Source: Minisyncoccota bacterium
Lineage (GTDB): Bacteria > Patescibacteriota > Minisyncoccia > Phycocordibacterales > UBA918
Assembly: GCA_041389005.1 (NCBI GenBank)
Contig: JAWKSR010000003.1
Coordinates: 2,377 to 66,376 of the forward strand
Length of the DNA: 64,000 nucleotides
Reading direction: 5' to 3'
This document shows positions 30,914-44,631 of the stretch, piece after piece. Every line of letters begins with the position of its first letter. Positions within the stretch are counted from its first letter, which is position 1. A program made the translations under genes and the position numbers. The notes beneath the pieces are model-generated. The model saw nothing but the letters and a program-made list of their open reading frames with translations, was not told the origin of the DNA and made no database searches.

Positions 30914-31418
30914 CTAGTTGAAAACGACACTAGACTCGGGACGGGTACCCAGCTCAACGAGATTGAGTGTGAAGCCCAAACAGCTGAACGCACGCTCAAC
31001 TTCTTCACGTGGTGACATAGTCTCCAACTCGAACGTGAGCTTTTTCATAGGGTGCTGACCGTGCACGGTATAGTTTTTGACTGTACCGATTAAACCAGCA
31101 TAGTTCCCAATCAGCCCGAGATGATCCTCCAATCGCGGACCATGCGCTAGTATCGAAAGGGTTATGGTGATACCGCATAACATATCCTTTCATCTGTTAG
31201 GTACAATGCTGGTCGTCCGAAGCGGAGGTAAAACACCTCAGCTTTGGTCCAGCCGAGGTTTCATTTCCATTCAGATTTTCTGTCAGTTAGGATTTCGAGG
31301 GCGAAACAAAGTCGCGGCTAGCACAAAGCACATACGCTGGTTGCGTAGTCATAGCCCAAACTGTGTGCTTCACAGCCTGAGACACGATAGCGTATGTATA
31401 TGTGTGCAAATCTCTCAT
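30914..31418 (-). CDS. hypothetical protein in two frames (N-terminal 43-aa ORF 31287-31418, MRDLHTYTYAIVSQAVKHTVW...; C-terminal ORF 30914-31183)
   Basis: AAGAGGA RBS sits before the ATG at 31418. TGgTATAAT extended -10 on the minus strand at 31428-31436. The two ORFs are contiguous apart from a frame change. No family was assigned. Confidence 0.3.
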
Positions 31419-31478
31419 TTCCTCTTTATTATACCACGTTGCGAACAGGGAAGTGACACATCCAGAAAGACCTGTGTT

Positions 31479-31507
31479 CGCGCCGGTCTTTTTCTTTTTG
31501 GTATAGT
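31479..31507 (+). promoter_or_regulatory. third copy of the TTTGGTATAGTCT extended -10 motif
   Basis: TGG TATAGT at 31499-31507. It leads to a 35-aa ORF (31536-31643, GGGAGGG RBS) and a terminator at 31726. Confidence 0.4.
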
Positions 31508-31725
31508 CTAGGTTGGTTCATTTAGGGAGGGAACGATGGCAGTCACATATTTAAACAACCGAGCGGTCGTTGCGGCTCTCTGCGCCCCGTTCAGCCAAGC
31601 GCGGGACACGGCGGCAAAGGCGACTTTTGCGCGAAATGCGTAAACGGTTGCCGCTCCGAATTAGGGGGAGCGCGGTGTCGCAAGTTGGCACTACTGATAG
31701 ATATGTAATTTGTTCTGCGTAAGAT

Positions 31726-31757
31726 GAAAGCCGCTCGTAAGCGGCTTTATTCTTTTG
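31726..31757. terminator. hairpin gaaagccgct cgta agcggctttc between the small plus-strand unit and the rnr 3-prime end
   Basis: 10-bp stem, T-rich on the plus side. It may serve both strands. Confidence 0.6.
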
Positions 31758-31776
31758 GACCTCATTTTTTAATTGT

Positions 31777-33804
31777 TCACGCCAACTCAAAGTCGAGTTG
31801 TCGCTCCTCCATATCAGCGCGAGTGAGTTTGACGGTGATTTCATCGCCGAGGCGGTAGACCTTACCGGTCTTTTGTCCTTTAACCCGGTACTTGCTCGCT
31901 TCATGTTCAAAGAAGTCGCCTTTGATGCTCGCGAGCTTAATCATTCCTTCACTTTTTGAGTTTTTCTCTTCTACGTAGATACCCCAGTCAGTGACTCCGG
32001 TAATGACACCAGTAAATGTTTCTCCTACGTGTGGTGTCATGTATTCAACTTGCTTGTATTTGATGCTATCGCGCTCAGCGCGTACGGCAGTAAGTTCTCG
32101 TTCGGACGATTGTACCGACAGCTTTTCAAATTTTGCCAACTCTTTACCACTAATGATTGAACCATCGAGGTGTCGTCGTAGTAGTCTGTGCACCATCAGG
32201 TCAGGGTAGCGACGAATCGGGGAGGTGAAGTGTGTATAGAATTTAAACGCGAGACCATAGTGACCAATATTTTTCGTTGAATACACAGCCTTTGCCATCG
32301 AGCGGATAGTGGCTGTTTTAATGAGGTTTTCTTCTGGTGTGCCTTCGATCTCTTTGAGTAGCGCGTTGATATCTTTCGGATTTACCATGCCCTTTTGGGT
32401 ACGGAATTCATAGCCAAGGGCGTGAATGAAAAGAGACAACTCTTCAATTTTCTCTGGATCAGGCACATCATGAATACGGTATACAAACGCAGCGTCCTTG
32501 CCCTTGTCTTTGCTGAGTTTATATATGTGTGTAGCGACACTTTGGTTAGCCAGAAGCATAAAGTCTTCAATCATCAGCATCGTCTCAGTACGGATCTTGG
32601 TATAGGCTTCTACTGGCACTCCCTGCTCATCAAGACGGAATTTTACTTCCGGTTGCTCAAAGGCAATAGCGCCATGCTTATGTCGGCGCTTACGAACAAT
32701 TCGTGAGAGCTTCATCAACGTGCTGAGTTCAGTATGAAATTCACCGCTTGCGGCGCCGAGTACTTCTTGAGCTTCTTCATAAGAGAAGCGTTTATCAGAA
32801 TGAATGATGGTCTGTCCGTACCATTCACTCACCACCGTTGCATCAGCATTGATTTCAAACACTGCCGAAAAAGCCAGCCGGTCTTCATGTGGGCGTAGCG
32901 AACAGAGGTCATTAGAAAGGACTTCCGGCAACATAGGAATAACCCGGTCTACTAAGTAAATAGATGTGCCGCGCTCGCGTGCCTCCATGTCAATGATTCC
33001 ACCATCCTCCACGTAGTGTGAGACGTCAGCAATATGAATACCAACTTCGTAGTTGCCATTCTCGAGCTGTCGGAGAGACAAAGCGTCATCAAAGTCTTTG
33101 GCATCTACTGGGTCGATGGTCATGGTGGTGACAGCTCGCATGTCTTTGCGTTTCGGGTCTGTGAGCGCATCAGCAAAGATTTGCTGTTGATCTTGGTGGA
33201 GTTTCTGGGCTGCTTCTGCTACCAGTGGCGGAAAGTTTTCTGAAAAACCGCCACCTTTGATGATGGCTTGCATTTCTGTCTCATGGTCACCAGCTTTGCC
33301 GAGCACCTCAGTGATGGTTGCTGTCGGGTTAAGGTGTGGTTGTCTCCAGTTTGCGAGTGTGACAACGACTTTCATGCCAATGTCATGGGTGTGTGCCTCA
33401 GGGAGCTGGGGACGGATGTGAATCCGGTGATCGTCAGGGGAGAGGTAGAGTTGCTTCTCAGCACCTTCCTGGCGCTCTTTTACAGTACCAATCAAAAATG
33501 TATGAGCAGGCTCCAGTACTTCTACTACGCGAGCAGCTTGGCGCTGCCCGGGAACCGTATCTTTGAGTTCAATCCGCACAATGTCGCCATTGAGCGCAAA
33601 GTTGAGATCACTCCGGTCAATGACCACATCTTCGGTATTTTCAGCTACCGAGAAAAAGCCGGTGCCCTTGCCCCGGATCATAATCACGCCTTCATGTGTT
33701 GGGTTTGTCATGTGCGCGCAGTATACCGTGCTCCACCGTATAAAACCAGGTGTCATAGAGTTGTGCAGAGCCAGGGTTGCGTTCATGTATAGATGCGTGT
33801 ACAA
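31777..33804 (-). CDS. rnr: ribonuclease R (RNase II/R family), 675 aa
   Basis: Cold-shock/OB N-terminus, RNB catalytic domain (IDPVDAKDFDDALS; HFTSPIRRYPDLMVHRLL) and C-terminal S1 domain. The ORF is intact. Confidence 0.85.
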   Translation of the reverse strand: MYTHLYMNATLALHNSMTPGFIRWSTVYCAHMTNPTHEGVIMIRGKGTGFFSVAENTEDVVIDRSDLNFALNGDIVRIELKDTVPGQRQAARVVEVLEPAHTFLIGTVKERQEGAEKQLYLSPDDHRIHIRPQLPEAHTHDIGMKVVVTLANWRQPHLNPTATITEVLGKAGDHETEMQAIIKGGGFSENFPPLVAEAAQKLHQDQQQIFADALTDPKRKDMRAVTTMTIDPVDAKDFDDALSLRQLENGNYEVGIHIADVSHYVEDGGIIDMEARERGTSIYLVDRVIPMLPEVLSNDLCSLRPHEDRLAFSAVFEINADATVVSEWYGQTIIHSDKRFSYEEAQEVLGAASGEFHTELSTLMKLSRIVRKRRHKHGAIAFEQPEVKFRLDEQGVPVEAYTKIRTETMLMIEDFMLLANQSVATHIYKLSKDKGKDAAFVYRIHDVPDPEKIEELSLFIHALGYEFRTQKGMVNPKDINALLKEIEGTPEENLIKTATIRSMAKAVYSTKNIGHYGLAFKFYTHFTSPIRRYPDLMVHRLLRRHLDGSIISGKELAKFEKLSVQSSERELTAVRAERDSIKYKQVEYMTPHVGETFTGVITGVTDWGIYVEEKNSKSEGMIKLASIKGDFFEHEASKYRVKGQKTGKVYRLGDEITVKLTRADMEERQLDFELA

Positions 33805-33979
33805 ATATAGTAAAGAAGGTCTTTTTGGATGTTGAGATTAACCGGAGTACCTCCTCCCGCTCTGGTTAGGCACGAGCCCTCCCCCTCGTGCAAACGAGCA
33901 CCTGCCGGGCACGGGACCCCGGCAGGTGCTTTCTTATTGACAAAAAGACTTATTTTGATACGCTTAGCGCCACTGAATT

Positions 33980-34495
33980 ATGTTAATGATGAGACTACAA
34001 CGCGTTGGTCGCCGTAACGATCCCTCATACCGGATTGTGGTGACTGATAAGCGCACTGGACCAAAGAGCAACAAGAACGTTGCGATTCTTGGTTCGTATA
34101 ATCCAAAGATGGATCATATCCAGCTTGATACTGATGCTGCCAAAGATTGGCTTGCTAAAGGTGTTCAGCCAAGCGATACGATGCATAACATTCTTGTTGG
34201 TCAGAACGTGATTGACGGCAAGAAGGTAAACGTATTACCGAAGAAATCACCGATTATAAATGAGGAGGCAGCGAAGGCAGAAGCAGAAGCCAAGGAAGCG
34301 GCTGAAGCCGGAGAAGCAGAGGAGGGAGGTGCAGAAGAGAGCGCAGACACTCCAACGGAGGAAGCTGCGAACGAAGAAGCTCCTGAAGAAGTAAAAGAAG
34401 AAGAGTCAACAGAGGCTGAAAAAACAGATGAGACTCCCGCAAAGGAAGAAACAAAAGAAGACGCCGAGAAACCAGCCGAAGAGGAAGCTAAATAA
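33980..34495 (+). CDS. rpsP: 30S ribosomal protein S16 with a long acidic Glu/Ala/Lys-rich C-terminal extension
   Basis: MRLQRVGRRNDPSYRIVVTDKRTGPKS...ILGSYNP is the S16 signature. The extension is read directly. Confidence 0.85.
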   Translation: MLMMRLQRVGRRNDPSYRIVVTDKRTGPKSNKNVAILGSYNPKMDHIQLDTDAAKDWLAKGVQPSDTMHNILVGQNVIDGKKVNVLPKKSPIINEEAAKAEAEAKEAAEAGEAEEGGAEESADTPTEEAANEEAPEEVKEEESTEAEKTDETPAKEETKEDAEKPAEEEAK

Positions 34496-34507
34496 CAACG
34501 CAGAACA

Positions 34508-34545
34508 AAACCGAGTGCCAATAGTACACTCGGTTTTGTTTATCC
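34508..34545 (+). terminator. hairpin acaaaaccgagtg...cactcggttttgt plus T
   Basis: 13-bp perfect stem after rpsP. It is followed by additional nested stem-loops at 34546-34650. Confidence 0.65.
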
Positions 34546-34737
34546 CGTTAGGCACCAAAACCTTTATGTTTTGCAGACTTCTATGAAGTCTGGTGTCTAA
34601 CGGGATTGGCGTGCACATCGGCAGTTTTTGCACGTGCACTAATGCTCATAATGCTGTTGACGTTGGACAGCACCTTGTTACCATATTAAGAGCAGTCTCT
34701 GTTTAGAGAGGCTATAGCAGACTAACCAAATATTCTT

Positions 34738-35079
34738 ATGGAAACGCATGATGATCAGCAATTTCTAGAGACAGTTGTGAAGGCACTGGTTGACCATCCT
34801 GACGCTGTGGTGACTAACCGCACTGTTGACGAAATGGGCGTGCTACTTACTCTTGATGTACACGCTGAAGATATGGGCAAGATCATTGGACGCTCTGGTA
34901 ATACCGCCAAAGCTATTCGTACCCTGTTGCGTGTGGTAGGTATGAAGCATGATGCACGAGTAAATCTCAAGATCAACGAACCAGAAGGTGGCAGTAAAGC
35001 CATGAACAGTGATATGGCAGCAGCAATGGCTAGTGGAGGGAGGAGGCGGCTGAGCCTAAGTCACTCGACCAAGCCATAG
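34738..35079 (+). CDS. KH-domain RNA-binding protein (YlqC/UPF0109-like); the C-terminal tail is probably frameshift noise
   Basis: VVKALVDHPDAVVTNRTVDEMGVLLTLDVHAEDMGKIIGRSGNTAKAIRTLLRVVGMKHDARVNLKI matches UPF0109. The genomic context (rpsP - KH - trmD) agrees. Confidence 0.75.
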   Translation: METHDDQQFLETVVKALVDHPDAVVTNRTVDEMGVLLTLDVHAEDMGKIIGRSGNTAKAIRTLLRVVGMKHDARVNLKINEPEGGSKAMNSDMAAAMASGGRRRLSLSHSTKP

Positions 35080-35237
35080 ACGACCTCAAGATATAAATTG
35101 GCGAATAGCTCGCCGTTACAAGAAAAAACAGCGCTCACTGGACTTCGTGTCCCACTCGCGCTGTTTTTCTTTAGACTCCTTGCTCTTCATCCAATTTCTA
35201 GCTTGAGGAAACATCAGAATCTTTAGGTCAAGGAACA

Positions 35238-35270
35238 GAAAGCCCGCCGCATTCGCCGCGGGCTTTCTGG
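35238..35270 (+). repeat. hairpin element gaaagcccgCCGCATTCGCCGCGGgctttc; near-copy at 35596-35628
   Basis: Shared core CCGCsGCATTCGCCGCGGG read directly. The two copies bracket a 330-bp cassette. Confidence 0.6.
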
Positions 35271-35324
35271 TGTCTAAATGGAATATTGTGTATAGTTTTT
35301 AGGAACTGGAGGAAAGGATTCTGC

Positions 35325-35598
35325 AATGCAAGCAATTTTTGCTGCTATACCGTTCGCAACAATCATCGGGTGTATCTTGTGCTCACCAAATTGAACTATG
35401 GGACGCTACTTTGCCACCGGACATCAAAATTTTTGTATGCTGCGTTGGAAGAAACACGGACGTAAACTGGAATATGACCCCAGTTTAAGCCCGTCACTCT
35501 TTGACTTACTTCTTCTGGCAGCATGTGTTGTTCTGATTGTCGCAGTCCTCGACGCACAGTGCGTTGCTGGGCATTTCTCAAGAGTAAGAAAACGTTGA
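35325..35598 (+). CDS. small hydrophobic protein (two predicted TM helices) with GGAGGAAAGG RBS, frameshifted
   Basis: MQAIFAAIPFATIIGCILC... then ...LFDLLLLAACVVLIVAVLDAQ in another frame. It occupies the slot where rimM usually sits. Confidence 0.3.
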
Positions 35599-35628
35599 CT
35601 GAACCCGCGGCATTCGCCGCGGGTTGTT
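35596..35628 (+). repeat. second copy of the hairpin element (aacccgCGGCATTCGCCGCGGgtt plus TTTTT)
   Basis: See 35238. Its T-run makes it terminator-like. Confidence 0.6.
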
Positions 35629-35655
35629 TTTATGCTAGGATGTCTAGCTTTCCCT

Positions 35656-36323
35656 ATGCATTTTCACGTTATTACATTATTTCCAGATGTGTGCCAAGCG
35701 TATACCGATGCAAGTGTTTTGGGACGGGCGCAGAAAACAGATAAGGGTAAAGGTGCCAAACACCGGGGTAAGAAAATAACGGTCAGTTATTACAACCCAC
35801 GTGATTTTTCTACCAACAAACACAAGAAAGTAGATGACCGACCTTATGGCGGTGGTCCTGGTATGGTAATAGCGGCTGAACCAATCTTGAAAGCCTGGCG
35901 GAAAGCAGTGGGACGAAAGCAGTCGCAAAAAGTCAAAACGCTTATCATGGCACCACGCGGTAAAAAATTTAATACCGCGATGGCAAAAAACTCGCCAAAC
36001 AGTATGACCACTTGGTGCTTATCAGCGGTCGTTATGAAGGTATCGACTCTCGAGTTAAAAAAGCGCTTAAGGCAGAGGAGGTATCAGTGGGTGATTATGT
36101 GCTCACGGGTGGAGAGTTGCCAGCGCTTTCCATCGTAGACTCAGTTGCGCGACAACTTCCTGGAGTGCTGGGCACTATGAGTCACTCGAGGAAGAGCGGG
36201 TGTCTAGTAGTGAAATGTATACGAGACCAGAAACTATCGAGTATAAGAAGAAAAAATACACCGTGCCCAAAGTGTTCCGCTCAGGCAACCATAAAAATAT
36301 CGAAAAAAAACGAGCCGGCTTGT
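35656..36323 (+). CDS. trmD: tRNA (guanine37-N1)-methyltransferase, 2-3 frameshifts
   Basis: [12 protein letters not shown]..., [25 protein letters not shown] and [30 protein letters not shown] match TrmD across frames. Confidence 0.85.
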
Positions 36324-36340
36324 AGCTCGCTTTTTTTAGG
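36300..36340 (+). terminator. hairpin gagc cggcttgta gctc plus TTTTTTT at the trmD stop
   Basis: Read directly. Confidence 0.5.
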
Positions 36341-36395
36341 AAATGAGGTATAAGAGTAACGGAAGTATCAAACACAAACTACACAGGAGGGTCGC

Positions 36396-37289
36396 ATGAC
36401 TCACAATAACAGCTACGCTGGTTCTTCACGTACCTTAACAGCTGAACGCCGAAGCATAGTCAGGACCGTTATCGGCGACTACTGGTCTGCTGGTGATAAA
36501 GGACGCTCTAATCAGCCTATCAGTGGCATGGGGGCGGCCCGTCATCGTTGTGCCCTGCAGTCGTTCGCTCTGGCACATCAGGCAGGTGTACAAACGCATT
36601 TTGTTCGTGAAGTAGAGGGAGGTTTTTTGGTTCGCGAACTCCGCGTACCAACGCATGAACCACTCTCGGGTTTTACACATGGTGAAGTATTGCCACTTGA
36701 GTTCATCTGGCGCTTGTATCTGATGGGCTCTCTCTGGCAACGGGTTGAGAGTGGGGAAATCGATCCTCGTGAACTCGGTTTTTCCAGAGGTTATCAGCCC
36801 TTCCAGGGTGAACCACTTCCGAAACCCCGCTTGGAGTGCACGACCAAGTATGAGCCGATTGACCGCAAAGTAAGCAATGAAGAGGCTTGCGACCTGGCAA
36901 AAATGTCCACGAGAGAATGGCAAACCGCCTGGGCGCTTATCGTCAAGGTGGCCCAGGTTACAGATCAGCATGCACAGGAACGGGATTTCTATTTTCCTGA
37001 CGGGAAAATGGAGTTAGGCAGACTGGATGACGGTCAACTCATCTTGGCTGATACCTTTGGCACACCCGATGAGAATCGGGTGGTCCGTATGAGTAACGGA
37101 TTTATCTACAGCAAAGATCTCATCCGGAACTACCTGAAGGAGGTGGGGTACATGGAAGCACTCAAAACTGCTCAAAGTCAGTACCCGCAAGACCCGTCTG
37201 CGTGGCCCGATTATCCAAAGCTACCGTTGGATCTGGTAGCTATGGTGGAAAGTCGCTACACTGCCTTTGCAGCTTGCTACGCTGGCTGA
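36396..37289 (+). CDS. purC: SAICAR synthetase-family protein (PurC-like, long 297-aa form)
   Basis: HQAGVQTHFV, LPLEFIWRLYLMGSLWQR and ILADTFGTPDENRVV align with the PurC motifs (AGIPT; VECVVRNRAAGSL; LGDEFSPDGSRLWD). GGAGGG RBS before the ATG. The ORF is intact and relatively GC-rich. Confidence 0.6.
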   Translation: MTHNNSYAGSSRTLTAERRSIVRTVIGDYWSAGDKGRSNQPISGMGAARHRCALQSFALAHQAGVQTHFVREVEGGFLVRELRVPTHEPLSGFTHGEVLPLEFIWRLYLMGSLWQRVESGEIDPRELGFSRGYQPFQGEPLPKPRLECTTKYEPIDRKVSNEEACDLAKMSTREWQTAWALIVKVAQVTDQHAQERDFYFPDGKMELGRLDDGQLILADTFGTPDENRVVRMSNGFIYSKDLIRNYLKEVGYMEALKTAQSQYPQDPSAWPDYPKLPLDLVAMVESRYTAFAACYAG

Positions 37290-37300
37290 ATCTTGTCCTT

Positions 37301-37365
37301 TCAACACAAGCCCCGGACGTCTTACGTCTGGGGCTTTGTCATACTTGCAATCTTTTAGGTAATCC
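37301..37365 (+). promoter_or_regulatory. terminator (agccccggacgt...acgtctggggct) immediately followed by the rpoB promoter TTGCAA-16-TATAAT
   Basis: -35 at 37337-37342 and a perfect -10 at 37360-37365. A leader of about 230 nt precedes rpoB. Confidence 0.65.
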
Positions 37366-37597
37366 GTATAATGTCGGGCACATTGCAACTTTGGGGTGGG
37401 ATTGAGTTACGGTTGCTCTAAACTCAAATCGCGGTGGTTTCTGCCAATTTGGCAGGGGAATATTGGCGCGGATGCGCCGCTCACAGACGTGTGATGCATA
37501 TTTGTATTCGATAACCGCAAACATTGTAAACAAGCGCCTGAGGCGTGTGTTTTTTGTTGGTGTTGGGTGCGTATTATTATTTTAAGTCTATTGTTGT

Positions 37598-40793
<3,196 letters not shown>

Positions 40794-40815
40794 TAGACTC
40801 ACTAAATACACAACT

Positions 40816-43800
40816 ATGGAAACAACAACCAAAACTGACATGAAGCACGAAAAAAGCTTCACTCCCCGTGGTCCCCGGGCACCACAGCCATTCTCTGAAG
40901 TGGGTCTAAAGCTGGCTTCTCCTGACCGCATTCTTGACTGGTCACACGGCGAAGTTACGAAGCCGGAGACCATCAACTACCGAACACAACGTCCAGAAAA
41001 GCACGGTCTTTTCGATGAACGCATCTTTGGTCCAGTTGAGGATTATGAGTGTTCATGTAAGAAGTATCGTGGTATCCGTTACAAGGGTATTGTCTGTGAA
41101 AAATGTGGCGTGGAAGTGACTCGTGCCATCGTTCGCCGTGAACGCATGGGGCACATTGAGCTCTGTGTACCGGTATCACACATCTGGTTCTTGCGTGGTG
41201 TGCCAAGCCGCATTGCTTTGATTCTCGGTATTTCTGCCGCTGATATTGAGGAAGGTCATCTACTTTGCTGGATACATTGTTACAAAAGTATCTGACACAG
41301 AACGCACTCGTCTTCTGAATGAGCTTAATACTGAATACAAAGCCAAACTCAAAGAGCTTAACAATGACGAAGCTAAAGACGAACTCAAGAGTCGTCTGGA
41401 TGAGACTAAGAAGGAAATCGAGTCAATTGCGCAAGGCAAGGTGCTCGATGAGAATACCTTCCACAAATTCTCTATTAAATACAGTACGCTCTTTGAAGCC
41501 GAGATTGGTGCTGAGAGTGTGTTTGAGCTCTTTAAGAACATTGATCTTACCGAACTACGCGATCGCCTCATTACTGAGCGTGAGACCGCCGGTGCAGCTG
41601 AGCGCGTAAAGCTTGATAAGCGCATCGCGCTTGTGAAAGGTATGATTCACGCTGAGGTTCGCCCTGAGTGGATGTTCCTGAATCGTATTCCGGTTATCCC
41701 ACCAGCACTGCGTCCGATGGTCGCACTTGAAGGTGGTCGCCACGCTTCATCTGACCTTAACGACCTTTACCGGCGGGTAATCAACCGAAACAATCGTCTG
41801 AAGAAACTGATTGATATTATGGCGCCAGACGTAATCTTGCGTAACGAAAAGCGTATCTTGCAAGAAGCGGTGGATGCTCTCATTGACAACTCAATCCGTC
41901 ATGGAAACACTGCGTACTCAGCCATGAGTCAGGCACAGCGCCGACCACTAAAGTCGCTTTCTGATTACCTTAAGAGTAAGCAGGGGTACTTCCGCCAAAA
42001 CCTACTCGGTAAACGCGTTGACTACTCAGGTCGTTCAGTGATCGTTATCGGTCCAGAACTTGATCTTGATGAGTGTGGTCTTCCAAAGCACATGGCGCTG
42101 GAACTCTTCCGTCCGTTTGTTATCTCTGAGCTCTTGCGTCAGGAACTTGCGTACAACATTCGTGGTGCTGGTCGTTTGATTGAAGACGGAGTCCCAGAAG
42201 TATGGGCAATTCTTGAAGAAGTTATTACTGATAAGCACGTATTGCTAAACCGCGCGCCAACGCTGCACCGGCAGGGTATTCAGGCGTTCCGTCCAGTTTT
42301 GATTGAAGGTAATGCTATCCAGGTGCACCCATTGGTATGTCGTGCGTTTAACGCCGACTTCGATGGTGACCAAATGGCGGTTCACGTACCACTCTCAGAA
42401 GAAGCACAACTGGAGGCACGTGAGTTTATCTCAGCTAACAAGAACATCCTGAAGCCAGGTAGTTCTGAACCGGTAGTATCTGAAAAGCTCCTTGATATGG
42501 CCCTTGGTGCGTACTGGATGACAAAGGAGATTGAGGGTGCACACGGTGAAGGGAAATTCTTCAGTTCACCAAACGATGCCATCAATGCCTACGACTATGG
42601 CCTCATCGACTTCCGAGCCAAGGTGAAGGTGCTGGCTACTGACACGCCAAAATATGCTCAGTACGAAAGCCAACTCTTTGAGACAACGGTTGGACGTCTT
42701 TTGTTCAACTCAGTGTTGCCGAGCGATCATCCGTTTATCAATGATGTGGTGGTGCAAAAGACACTCTTTAACATCATCATCGACTTGATTGATGACCAAG
42801 GTACCGATGCGGTGCCACCAATTGTTGACAAACTTAAGCGCTTTGGCTTCAAGTATGCAACTGTCTCAGGTACCACCTGGGGTATTGATGAAGTGGTGAT
42901 TCCAGAGAAAAAATCTGTAGTTATCGACAAAGCTCGCAAGGAAGAGTCGGAAGTGTACGAACACTTTGATGAGGGACTTATCTCACGCGATGAACGCCGC
43001 CGCATGGTGGTAGAAATTTGGCACCGCGCTAAAAACGAAATTGAGGAACTACTCCCAGAGACACTTGATGAAAATGGTTCATCTTACGAAATGTGGAAGT
43101 CAGGAGCGCGAGGTTCACTCGGACAGATTGCTCAGATGGCTGGTATGAAGGGACTTATCGTCAACACCCGAGGTGAAACCCTCGAATTCCCGGTACTGTC
43201 TTCTATGAAAGAGGGTATGACCCCGATTGAGTACTTCATCACTACTCACGGTTCTCGTAAAGGTCTCGCTGACACAGCGCTTCAAACCGCGAAAGCCGGG
43301 TATCTTACGCGCCGTCTCTTCGTGGTAGCGCAGGACGCTATTGTGACTGAGGAAGATTGTAAGACCAAACTCGGTACTACTATCGGACGGGTTTCAGCAT
43401 CTGGTATCGAGATTGCCTTCTCTAAGGCTATCAAAGGACGGGTATTGGCTGAAGACGCTACTGACACGAAAGGTAACGTACTCTTTAAGAAGGGACATCT
43501 ACTCTCACGCCGTGATGCTATTGCCGTAGAGGAATCTACCTGTGAATCAGTCGTGGTACGTTCGCCAATGACCTGTCAAACCCTACGTGGTGTCTGTCAA
43601 AAGTGTTACGGTATCGACCTTACTACAAATAGCATGGTAGATATCGGAGAAGCGGTAGGAACCGTGGCTGCCCAAGCGATTGGTGAGCCAGGTACCCAGC
43701 TTACGATGAACACCAAACACGCCGGGGGTACAGCCCAAGCGGGTGGAGACGTAACGACTGGTCTGCCGCGTGTAGAAGAGGTGTTTGAAAAGCGTCAGCC

Positions 43801-44515
43801 AAAGATCCCAGCCGCGGTCTCTAAGACCAATGGTGTGGTCACCGAAATTCGCCGTGAAGGTAAAGACAAGGTCATCGTGGTGACGCCAGAGAAGGGTGCT
43901 AAGTACGCGAAGAAGAGCAGTGATGTGCTTGAGTACGAAGTGGGCCCACGCCGTATCGTGACCGTCTCAGTGGGAGATAGTGTAACTGAAGGGCAGTTGA
44001 TGACTGATGGTTCAGCGCACTTGCCGGACCTCTTCAAGTACGGTGGTAAAGAAATTGCCCAGGATTACATCATTGCTGAAGTAAACAAGATTTACGAGCT
44101 TCAGGGTGTAACCATTTCTCGCAAGCACATCGAACTTATCGTCAAGCAGATGATGAGTCGCGTGAAGATTGCAGATGCTGGCGACTCACACTTCACTGTC
44201 GGTGAAGTGGTGGAAGAGTGGATCATGGTAGAGGCAAACAATAAACTCAAAGAGCAAGGGAAGGACCTTGCCAAGGGTGAGCGCCTCATCCTCGGTATTA
44301 CCGAGACTTCGCTCTCACGTAAGAGCTTCCTCTCAGCTGCTTCCTTCCAAAACACGACTCGCGTTCTTATCAACGCAGCGGTGAAGGGAAGTGAAGACAA
44401 CCTCGCTGGACTAATGGAGAACGTCATTATTGGGCGTCTTATCCCAGCTGGTTCTGGCTTTGCTGGCTCAGAGAAGCACGCCATGGTCAAGCAAGTTTCC
44501 GAAAACGAGGACTAG
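40816..44515 (+). CDS. rpoC: DNA-directed RNA polymerase beta-prime subunit, frameshift near 41255
   Basis: The zinc-binding N-terminus (CSCKKYRG...CEKCGVEV), [14 protein letters not shown], the trigger loop and the clamp are all present. The 1089-aa main ORF plus a 178-aa N-terminal ORF cover the gene. Confidence 0.9.
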
Positions 44516-44546
44516 TGACAATCCGTGCGTAAAACACGCAGACAAA

Positions 44547-44615
44547 AAGCCGGCGCTACGCGCCGGCTTTTTGTATTCCCAAAACAAAACCCCGAGCAAA
44601 CCGGTCGGGGTTTTG
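44547..44615. terminator. two tandem terminators (aagccggcgc tac gcgccggctt, then aaaaccccg...cggggtttt)
   Basis: Both are perfect hairpins with T-runs. They serve rpoC and the convergent 44632 gene. Confidence 0.8.
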
Positions 44616-44631
44616 TTCGGGGATGGGGGGC

